DNA of 64,000 nucleotides from positions 64,001 to 128,000 of IMG/VR virus record IMGVR_UViG_3300040959_000769. The stretch is one strand, 5' to 3'. Shown here piece after piece: positions 27,331 through 34,641 of this stretch. The number at the start of each line of letters is the position of its first letter. Position 1 is the stretch's first letter. The DNA is from a virus. The position numbers and the translations under genes were made by a program. The notes under the pieces are model-generated. The model worked only from the letters and a program-made list of their open reading frames with translations, ran no database searches and was not told where the DNA came from.

Positions 27331-28329
27331 ATGCCCGCAAGATTCGGACCTCCAACTCGAGACAAGTACGCCTATTACAGTCTTGACGAAAACGACTGCA
27401 AAACTGTCAACGAGATTGAGTACACAAATTACAAAGGTGGAGTAATCCACTTCCACAACGTTTTCAACGTTGACCGAGACGTAATTTTGCCATACATTGA
27501 CGAAATGGCATACGTGCCATCATGTGGTCTTGAAATCATCAAAGACGACGAAGGCAACATGCTCCACGGCGAAACTTTTGACGGCAAAATCGTGGACATG
27601 AAAGATCTACTCGCACTACCAATGCGGGTCGGCGGTATGGGGATGCCTGAACCAGTCAACCCAAGCACGCCACACGACGTCAGAAACTTTTTTGAGGGTG
27701 TTGAGGAAAGTTTGTATCACTGCCTAATCAGGTACTGTGATATTTACCCACTTATCGTCAACTCAATTTGGTGGCGAATGAGAGGACACTGTCTCAAGTA
27801 CATGCCAGGAGCGAATCTGGGTCTCCACAACGACAACGACACCAACACCTTCACCATTGATGGGCAGAGGTACTACAGCGAACGAGAGATCGCTATGTAC
27901 CAAGTCGTGAACGGTCTGGCTTATTTCAACGATGACTATGAAGGTGGAGAAATGCACTTCCCCTACTTAGACATCACGGTAAAACCAAAAACCGGAGACA
28001 TCATTCTTTTCCCTGCCAACTATGTTGGAACTCATGGAGTGGCGCAAGTTGGAGAAGGAGCACCTCGATACACCTACCTGACGCAGTTCGGTCATGGCGG
28101 AGAGCACAAATACGAAGTACTGGAGCCTCAGGAAAGCGACATGTGGCTAGCTCCGGTGTATGTGCCTTACCTGTACCAAGATCACGTCAAGTTCTCCCAT
28201 TCGGGCTACTCGCACCTGGACACGTCAAAAGACTCAGCGTTAGGTTTCCACGCCTCAACTATTGAGACGCAGCAACGCTCAAAAGAGGGCGCTCCAGTCG
28301 GAACTAAGATTCCGTACGAAGAGGAGTGA
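27331..28329 (+). CDS. Prolyl-4-hydroxylase-like Fe(II)/2OG oxygenase
   Basis: HND...YFNDDYEGGEMHF...GDIILFP...THGV...RY. Confidence 0.9.
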   Translation: MPARFGPPTRDKYAYYSLDENDCKTVNEIEYTNYKGGVIHFHNVFNVDRDVILPYIDEMAYVPSCGLEIIKDDEGNMLHGETFDGKIVDMKDLLALPMRVGGMGMPEPVNPSTPHDVRNFFEGVEESLYHCLIRYCDIYPLIVNSIWWRMRGHCLKYMPGANLGLHNDNDTNTFTIDGQRYYSEREIAMYQVVNGLAYFNDDYEGGEMHFPYLDITVKPKTGDIILFPANYVGTHGVAQVGEGAPRYTYLTQFGHGGEHKYEVLEPQESDMWLAPVYVPYLYQDHVKFSHSGYSHLDTSKDSALGFHASTIETQQRSKEGAPVGTKIPYEEE

Positions 28330-28975
28330 AAGGAATAGTTCCTATCAGAGTTCCATGACCAAAGAACTCCAGATAGGAAATACGTTCCCCTGACGTTACT
28401 GGCACAACTTCGTGAGTGCCTAAGAAACCGGCAGGATAAACAAATGCTGTTCCCGCTTCGGGGGCGAAATGCTTGTCGATGTATTTGAATCCAAGATCGC
28501 CACCGACGCAATCATCTTTCAGAATCAGAGATCCGGTCAGGACGCTGTAGATCGCTTTTTCGCTTTCCGAACCAGCACCAACTAAGTTGTCGTTGTGATA
28601 TCCCATGTATCCACCCGGTTTGTAGGTAGCGACATGAGGCACGGCTCTCCACCAAATGTTTTCTTTTGCGTCAGGGAAGAAATTGAAATATTTGGTGACA
28701 CATTCACCCATTGATTTTTCAAGAAGTTCTGCAAACTTCAGATCGTCGTCAGTGGTGTTCACTTTAAGTTGCAGAAGACGACCTGGGGAAGCATTGACCT
28801 GCTCCTCTGTGAAGATGTAGCCACCCCTATTCATGTACGTGCCATCATCCTGCAAGGTGTAGTCGCTTGGTTCTTGTTCGCGACGGCGTTCAAGCCATCC
28901 TTCAAAAAACGAAGCATCAATGTCTAGGACATTTCGATACTCAACGATCCCAAAGCCGTGATGGATTGCTTCCAT
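28304..28975 (-). CDS. Prolyl-4-hydroxylase-like Fe(II)/2OG oxygenase
   Basis: HND...GGDLGF...FVYP...THEVVPVTSGERIS. Confidence 0.9.
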   Translation of the reverse strand: MEAIHHGFGIVEYRNVLDIDASFFEGWLERRREQEPSDYTLQDDGTYMNRGGYIFTEEQVNASPGRLLQLKVNTTDDDLKFAELLEKSMGECVTKYFNFFPDAKENIWWRAVPHVATYKPGGYMGYHNDNLVGAGSESEKAIYSVLTGSLILKDDCVGGDLGFKYIDKHFAPEAGTAFVYPAGFLGTHEVVPVTSGERISYLEFFGHGTLIGTIPFTPLRTES

Positions 28976-29556
28976 TACTTCTCGTCAGGGAATTCGGTTC
29001 CACGCTCGCGGTCATTGCGGAGACGCTTCACCTCTTTGGCTGAGGTTTCATGAACCTCGGGTGTCCAGTACCCGTCAGTGAAAAGATCAGCAACCTCCTG
29101 AGCCCTATCTCCTGACAGGTACAGGGTGTGCTCATTTGTGTAGCCTTCACGACCGGGATATGGCCATCCATAAAGTCCGGCTTCAACATAATCAATGCCT
29201 GCTCCGGTGATGATGGATGCAATTTCCTGTTCGGACTCTTCGCCCCAGAGACCGTTGGCGTCAACGTAAAGTCCGTTGTAGCCACGAGATGCAACATAGT
29301 TCGCAATCTCAAGTGGAGCGCCACCAAAAGCAATGCAGAAAATGATGTCGCATTTTGCGAGCATCGCATCAAGGGTCACGAGATCAGTGAGATCAAACTC
29401 TGCTGCACGTTCGTGTGTTGCCTCAGAGCGATCAGCCGATGCCCAGACAACCCTGTGCCCGCTCTTACACAAAGCATAGGCAAGGGTGCCGCCCATCTTT
29501 CCTGGGTGGGCAATTCCAATTGTTTTATCCGACTGGGGGGAGTATTGAGTATCCAT
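28975..29556 (-). CDS. NAD(P)-binding Rossmann protein of the 6PGD/beta-hydroxyacid dehydrogenase type (N-terminal domain only)
   Basis: TIGIAHPGKMG...GHRVVWASADRSEAT...CDIIFC...YVDAN; start reassigned to MDTQY. Confidence 0.75.
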   Translation of the reverse strand: MDTQYSPQSDKTIGIAHPGKMGGTLAYALCKSGHRVVWASADRSEATHERAAEFDLTDLVTLDAMLAKCDIIFCIAFGGAPLEIANYVASRGYNGLYVDANGLWGEESEQEIASIITGAGIDYVEAGLYGWPYPGREGYTNEHTLYLSGDRAQEVADLFTDGYWTPEVHETSAKEVKRLRNDRERGTEFPDEK

Positions 29557-30349
29557 CTTCCATGTACACATTCGTTGAGATTCGGGCAAGGGTAGGGTGT
29601 TCTTGTGGGTCAACCACATTTTCGCAAACATCAGGGTTTGGCGTACCTTGACAATACCACCCCAAGTAAGAGTAGCGCCACCCGCCAGTCACGGGCTGCA
29701 CTTCATGCGCTGCAACATAATTAGACGGGAAGAAAAGCATGTCGCCTTTCTTTATGTCTTCGTGTTTGATATCTAGGTATTCGAAGTTATGAGCACCACC
29801 AGTGAAGTTCGTTCCGTCAAGCTCATCCTCCGACTTGACGTTGTCGTTCAGGTAAGCCACAACCGAAACGCTGTTGCGAGTGGCCAACTGATCACGAGGA
29901 TGAGGCTTGCCGTACTCGTAGTCAGTACTCACATCTGCGTGCATTCCTAAAAACCCGCCAACCGGATAAGCAACAATGTGGCTTTTGATCTTCCACCAAA
30001 TGCACTTACCGGCAATTGGGAACATTTCTAGATACGAGAGAAGACACGCATCTCGGCGCTCCTCAATGTAGTCAAGGACATCAATTACTTCAGAGCGGCT
30101 GTCCTGATGAACGAAACTCCCACGCCACGGCATCTCATCCAACGAATCTTTCTTAAAGAAATATCCGCTCCGATTGATGTAGCCGTCCTCACCAGTAATC
30201 GGGTCAACACCTGGCGTGTACATGGTCTCGCGCTCTGCCTGCAAAACGTCCTTGCAGTATTCACGCATCCAATCCCAGTCAAGGTTGAACACGTTCTCAA
30301 AGAGGACGACACCACCACCGAGGTGTGTACCAACAGGATTATCGCTCAT
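29525..30349 (-). CDS. Prolyl-4-hydroxylase-like Fe(II)/2OG oxygenase
   Basis: HAD...VAYLND...FTGG...GDMLFFP...AHEVQPVTGGWRYS; start reassigned to MSDNPV. Confidence 0.9.
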   Translation of the reverse strand: MSDNPVGTHLGGGVVLFENVFNLDWDWMREYCKDVLQAERETMYTPGVDPITGEDGYINRSGYFFKKDSLDEMPWRGSFVHQDSRSEVIDVLDYIEERRDACLLSYLEMFPIAGKCIWWKIKSHIVAYPVGGFLGMHADVSTDYEYGKPHPRDQLATRNSVSVVAYLNDNVKSEDELDGTNFTGGAHNFEYLDIKHEDIKKGDMLFFPSNYVAAHEVQPVTGGWRYSYLGWYCQGTPNPDVCENVVDPQEHPTLARISTNVYMEDGYSILPPVG

Positions 30350-31907
30350 ATTCATGTTCCCCCAGTTCAAGCATGTATCCAACATAGTCGTGGATGCGCT
30401 CAATGATCCGCTTCCGGTCATCGTTATCTCGAAGATGATTGAAACAACCGTAGATGGTGTCAATAGCAAACTGAACCAAGAAATCCTCGGGAGGATCGTG
30501 ACCCCTGAAGCCTTCGTATGTCATGAAAGACAAATTATGGAAGTCCCATGGGCGAAACTGCAAAGGCTGGTGTGGGAACCAATCGGGATAATGCCATGCA
30601 TGTCCGGCGTGCCGCATGTCTGGATGCCAACGCAGATACGCACGAACCTTCTCAATGACTGTCAACGTGTCGTCGTCATTTGGTGCTTGCTTCATGAAGT
30701 CTTGATGCGGAGGGAACCCGCCATGCATGTCCCCGTTGCGAGAAAACAGGAACGACTGACCCTCAAGATCAAACCCTTCCATGTGGGCTTTGCTGTAACG
30801 CATCAAGTTAGCGAAAATTCGATCCTCCGGATCCATCTTCACTGGGTAGACATGGAAGTCCTCGCCAAACGGTTCATTGTCAAAAAACTCTTTCAACTTG
30901 ACGCCACGCTCAGGAATGTTCCCATCCTTGGTGAAGATGAAAAGCGTTACCTTCTGAAATAGACACTCAAGTCCCTCAAGGGCATAGATTCCCTTTGTGA
31001 AGACAAGAGGAATGTGGTCAGGGTTCGGACCTTTTGACTTGTCCTTATCAACGCCAGGGTATGACTGTACGTCACCAAAGTTCTCGTTACCATCAACCTT
31101 GTACTCGGGATCGTAGAAAGGCTTCTCCTTCCCTACCTCTACCCGCTGGAAGACCCTATCCTCTCGCTCCCAGCCATTGTAAAAACCGTGCATTACGGCA
31201 CGATTGTCCCAGATGACTACGTCGCCTTCTTGCCACGTCCACTTGTAACGATTAGCTTCTGTTCGGCAATACTCCTCAACCCAGTCGTAGAGTTCTTCAA
31301 ACCATGGGGTGCTCCCCCCGTCAAGTTGGGTGCCTGGTCCGGTCCAGTAAAGAAGAGTTTCTCCAGTATCCGGATGTGTTCGCAAGGCGGGATGGCTGAC
31401 AACGTCACGTCCTGCGGCTCCAGTCTCCGCCACGAAACGAGCCGTCGGCAGGTGTTCCTTAATGTGCTCAGGACACTCTTCGTACAGATTTACAAGACTC
31501 ACCCAGAATGTGTGACCGAAATCTTTATCAACACGGTAGGTCGTCATATGGATGGAAGTAACCGCAGGAGGAGCTTCCAAGAACGGGTTATCTACATGCC
31601 AGTTCTCTTTCAGAAACTGTTCAGGATCCGTTTTATCTTCAACATTCTTGACCGTTGGGTGATTTACGCCCGCAAGAAGACCACCGTTGAAATCTTCATC
31701 AACTTCGCCTGTGTAGATAGCGTTGACCAGTTTCATGTGCTCCTGGTCGGTTGGGTTCATGCCGATGAAACCAACCATCTTGTTCTTGTTGAAAATCAAC
31801 TTGAAATACTCTGGGTCATCAAGAACTTGCCGGGCAGTGATGCCTCTCATCTTGAAACCGAGGTTGCCTAGTTTCAGTCCTAAGGCGATTCCGCCAAAAC
31901 CTTTCAT
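30339..31907 (-). CDS. TauD/TfdA-like dioxygenase with an unknown C-terminal domain
   Basis: NWHVD, GHTFWVS, HPALRTHPDTG, WQEGDVVIWDNRAVMHG. Confidence 0.88.
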   Translation of the reverse strand: MKGFGGIALGLKLGNLGFKMRGITARQVLDDPEYFKLIFNKNKMVGFIGMNPTDQEHMKLVNAIYTGEVDEDFNGGLLAGVNHPTVKNVEDKTDPEQFLKENWHVDNPFLEAPPAVTSIHMTTYRVDKDFGHTFWVSLVNLYEECPEHIKEHLPTARFVAETGAAGRDVVSHPALRTHPDTGETLLYWTGPGTQLDGGSTPWFEELYDWVEEYCRTEANRYKWTWQEGDVVIWDNRAVMHGFYNGWEREDRVFQRVEVGKEKPFYDPEYKVDGNENFGDVQSYPGVDKDKSKGPNPDHIPLVFTKGIYALEGLECLFQKVTLFIFTKDGNIPERGVKLKEFFDNEPFGEDFHVYPVKMDPEDRIFANLMRYSKAHMEGFDLEGQSFLFSRNGDMHGGFPPHQDFMKQAPNDDDTLTVIEKVRAYLRWHPDMRHAGHAWHYPDWFPHQPLQFRPWDFHNLSFMTYEGFRGHDPPEDFLVQFAIDTIYGCFNHLRDNDDRKRIIERIHDYVGYMLELGEHEYER

Positions 31908-32629
31908 GAAGGCTCCTTCAGTTGTGGGTGACCCTCAAATGCGGGGCCAATACGATTACCGTTTTCGTCTAGCCCAGTTCGGATGCCACCCATCCAAGTC
32001 CAAGGCTGTTCTTGCAACTTCTTCATCTTTGCATCACCGTACGACTGTCGAGCAGCAGACAAATCTGGCTTGTCCCAGTAGTTCTCAACTGTGAACTCAA
32101 CGCTTGGCATCAGAGAGTTGTCGTAAAACTGGAAAAACATAAAAGGTGAACCAGCAGGAAAAATAACTGGCTGACCAATTTTTGTGATCTTCCAGTTCAT
32201 GTTGAACTCGTCTGGCCACCAGTCAGATGGAATGTGCGCCGTTAAAGGAACAGCCCCATCAACAAAATAGTTAGGTGACCCGCTTATCCACGTGGACACT
32301 CCTGGAGGCGTTGAGAACGTCCACCCAACAGTGAACGACATAATCCCAACAATGCTGGGCATAACAATGTCACGTTCGTAAGTCTGACCATTTGTCTCAA
32401 ACGTCATCTTCTCGCCGGACAGGACACGAGGAACAGTCAGCCCCCCGTCCCATTGAATAACAACATCTTGTTGGAGAAGAACCTCCCAACCGTTGACGTT
32501 TGCTTCAGTCAGGGGAAGACACTTGTATGCATGCTTCTTGTAGGTGTCATCCATCCAGTCGCGTCGAACTGACGCTTGCTTTATCTCAGGTGGATTTTGA
32601 TGTGTTCTAGTGAGAGTTACATCCATCAC
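31904..32629 (-). CDS. DUF6065-like protein
   Basis: RDWMD...HAYKCLPL.EAN..GW...WDGG...PLT..I.SDW.P..F.MNWK matches my recollection of DUF6065 motifs. Confidence 0.75.
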   Translation of the reverse strand: MMDVTLTRTHQNPPEIKQASVRRDWMDDTYKKHAYKCLPLTEANVNGWEVLLQQDVVIQWDGGLTVPRVLSGEKMTFETNGQTYERDIVMPSIVGIMSFTVGWTFSTPPGVSTWISGSPNYFVDGAVPLTAHIPSDWWPDEFNMNWKITKIGQPVIFPAGSPFMFFQFYDNSLMPSVEFTVENYWDKPDLSAARQSYGDAKMKKLQEQPWTWMGGIRTGLDENGNRIGPAFEGHPQLKEPS

Positions 32630-33327
32630 TGAATAGCCATCGTCTGACCGCTGGCAACAGGAATTCCCATTGTCGTATCTTGCTGCGCCGAGTACCCACC
32701 TCCGCCGTGGCTCTGGTGGTTACGGTCGTTGTAGTCATACATGGTGACGGCAGAATACTTGATTCCACTCTTTACAGGCTGAGAAGCATGAGCGTAAATG
32801 AAATCACTTGGATGGACAATGACATCACCTGCTTCGGGGACAAACTGAAGGTTTTTGTACGGCATGATGTACTCGCCGCCTTCGTAGTCGTCATTCAAAT
32901 ACCCAATAGCAGACACGGCGCAAGAATAAGAAAACCCAGAGTCAGGATGAACTGAGAAATGCTGCCCCTCGCCATAGCGAACGAAGTTGGTGGCTTCTTC
33001 ATAGTCAAGTTGCAAGTTGTACATTGACGAGTAGTGCTGCACGCACTGGCGTACACCAGAAATAACTTCCTCGTACACCCGTCCAAGATCTGCGAACTCT
33101 TCAGGAACAGGGATGTCTGCTTGACGCAACTTGAAGTCAACGCAATCTCTGTAATCCTTCATCACCTCGTAGTCTCCAACTGTCGCCTGCTTCCATGAGA
33201 AGTATTCGTGGGTGCTCTCAGCGAGACCGGTTTCAAGTCGAGCGATGAAGTTTGAGTCAGGTGCCCAAACGTCTTTGTACAGCATGATGCCGTCGGTCGG
33301 GTTGCCCAAGTATCCGCCAATTCTCAT
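32626..33327 (-). CDS. Prolyl-4-hydroxylase-like Fe(II)/2OG oxygenase
   Basis: VRYGEGQHFSVHPD...YLNDDYEGGE...GDVIVHP...AHASQPVKSGIKYS. Confidence 0.92.
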   Translation of the reverse strand: MRIGGYLGNPTDGIMLYKDVWAPDSNFIARLETGLAESTHEYFSWKQATVGDYEVMKDYRDCVDFKLRQADIPVPEEFADLGRVYEEVISGVRQCVQHYSSMYNLQLDYEEATNFVRYGEGQHFSVHPDSGFSYSCAVSAIGYLNDDYEGGEYIMPYKNLQFVPEAGDVIVHPSDFIYAHASQPVKSGIKYSAVTMYDYNDRNHQSHGGGGYSAQQDTTMGIPVASGQTMAIQ

Positions 33328-33330
33328 TAT

Positions 33331-33963
33331 TTACCTCAGTTCAGTGATTGTGTAGAAAGAAGGGGTAGTCCATCTTTCTCCACGGGTAATTTGTTTTACA
33401 CCATGAAGATAGTGGACATCACCTGGATGTGCTACCGCTAAGCCTGGTTTTATCGGAATTTCAATATCGAACTCAGGGTAATAAAACTCGCCACCATCAA
33501 AATCTTCGTTCCAGTAAATGATTGAGTTCAGGTCATACAGAGGGAAAGGATTTGGCTTTCCGTCATTCAACTGTTTATCCGCGTGTGGTTGCTGCTCATT
33601 GCCTGGAAGCCATCTGATAAGTACTGGCGGGCGCTTGTATAGAGCAACGTTGAATTTGTCCTCCAACACTTTTTGCATCTTGTCAATATATTTATCAATC
33701 AGATTAAATATATCTGGGGAGATGCGTTTGAGGATTTCGCCACTACACATTCGATCCCACCAATAGGAGGCGTCGTAAATACACGTGCCATCTTCATCAA
33801 ATTCGTCACCCATAGGATTTTCCCACTCTTCAATAGTCGGGAAAAACTTTTGCAGGGTTTTCAGATCATCTAGATCTACGAAGTTTTCAATGACTGTGAT
33901 GTTCTCTGCTGTTGTTCCGAAGTGACCTGGTTCAACTAGCGATTTTTCTTCAACTTGTTCCAT
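33331..33963 (-). CDS. Prolyl-4-hydroxylase-like Fe(II)/2OG oxygenase
   Basis: IRWLPGNEQQPHAD...YWNEDFDGGEF...HPG...LHGVKQITRGERWT. Confidence 0.92.
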   Translation of the reverse strand: MEQVEEKSLVEPGHFGTTAENITVIENFVDLDDLKTLQKFFPTIEEWENPMGDEFDEDGTCIYDASYWWDRMCSGEILKRISPDIFNLIDKYIDKMQKVLEDKFNVALYKRPPVLIRWLPGNEQQPHADKQLNDGKPNPFPLYDLNSIIYWNEDFDGGEFYYPEFDIEIPIKPGLAVAHPGDVHYLHGVKQITRGERWTTPSFYTITELR

Positions 33964-33965
33964 CA

Positions 33966-34030
33966 GGTAAGCGAACTTACCATAAACATAGATCCCTCGT
34001 CCACCACGTTGGCAGTCAAGGGATCTATGT
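33966..34030 (-). promoter_or_regulatory. Two tandem RNA hairpins in the leader of the hydroxylase operon
   Basis: 12-bp perfect stem ACATAGATCCCT/AGGGATCTATGT (33986-34030) and 6-bp stem GGTAAG-TTCG-CTTACC (33966-33981). Confidence 0.65.
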
Positions 34031-34047
34031 CACTCCTCTTGTTTTTC

Positions 34048-34635
34048 CTACTTAAAGCTCGGCGGGAAGAAAGGCGGGAAGTGTGGTGGGAAGTGAGGCG
34101 GGAACCACGGTGGGAAGTGTGGTGGGAAGAACGGTGGGAAATGTGGTGGGAAGTGTGGAGGGAAGAACGGCGGGAAATGTGGCGGGAAGTGAGGTGGGAA
34201 GTGTGGAGGGAAGTGAGGTGGGAAAAACGGTGGGAAGTGCGGAGGGAAGTGAGGAGGGAAAAATGGTGGAAAATGCGGAGGGAAATGGGGAGGGAAAAAC
34301 GGCGGGAAGTGGGGTGGAAAGTGCGGAGGGAAGAATGGCGGAAAGTGTGGCGGAAAGTGAGGCGGGAAAAACGGTCCGATTGCGCGAACAGAAATAGTTG
34401 TTCCCAAAGGAATTTCAGTGAAAGTGGTTGTGAGGTTGTATTCCTGACCGTCAACAATGATGTCATGCGCTTTACCGACATCACCTAAAACACTCGTGTT
34501 TAGCGTATCGACAGCTTCAGAAACGGCGGAAAACCCGAGATTCTGCAACGACACCACGAAATTGCCAGCGTCTGTGAGATCGGTATACGTGAACGTACCT
34601 AAAGGTAGTCCGCTTCCGCCTTTGTTACCTGCCAT
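34048..34635 (-). CDS. Pro/Phe/His repeat protein: 87-aa N-terminal domain plus (PPxF)26
   Basis: ORF starts 7 nt after the tail-fibre stop; repeat codons are synonymously diversified. Confidence 0.9.
   Translation of the reverse strand: MAGNKGGSGLPLGTFTYTDLTDAGNFVVSLQNLGFSAVSEAVDTLNTSVLGDVGKAHDIIVDGQEYNLTTTFTEIPLGTTISVRAIGPFFPPHFPPHFPPFFPPHFPPHFPPFFPPHFPPHFPPFFPPHFPPHFPPFFPPHFPPHFPPHFPPHFPPFFPPHFPPHFPPFFPPHFPPWFPPHFPPHFPPFFPPSFK
34054..34374 (-). repeat. 12-nt coding tandem repeat (PPxF) with a 36-nt superperiod
   Basis: PFF followed by 17 PPHF, 7 PPFF, 1 PPWF and 1 PPSF. Confidence 0.97.
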
Positions 34636-34641
34636 CAGTCA

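Noticed and set aside
21484-33963. TET/JBP-type DNA base oxidation as the role of the oxygenases
   Set aside because: The motifs match P4H, PhyH and TauD types, not TET/JBP or AlkB. It is not formally excluded; nucleoside MS would decide.
34054-34374. CRISPR array or non-coding VNTR
   Set aside because: The 12-nt units have no spacers, vary at third codon positions and lie inside an ORF.
33955-34488. Alternative ORFs across the repeat (33955-34488 +, 34083-34397 +, 33963-34484 -)
   Set aside because: They are shadow frames of the PPxF repeat. Variation in the repeat is synonymous only in the PPxF frame, which also has the operon-consistent start.
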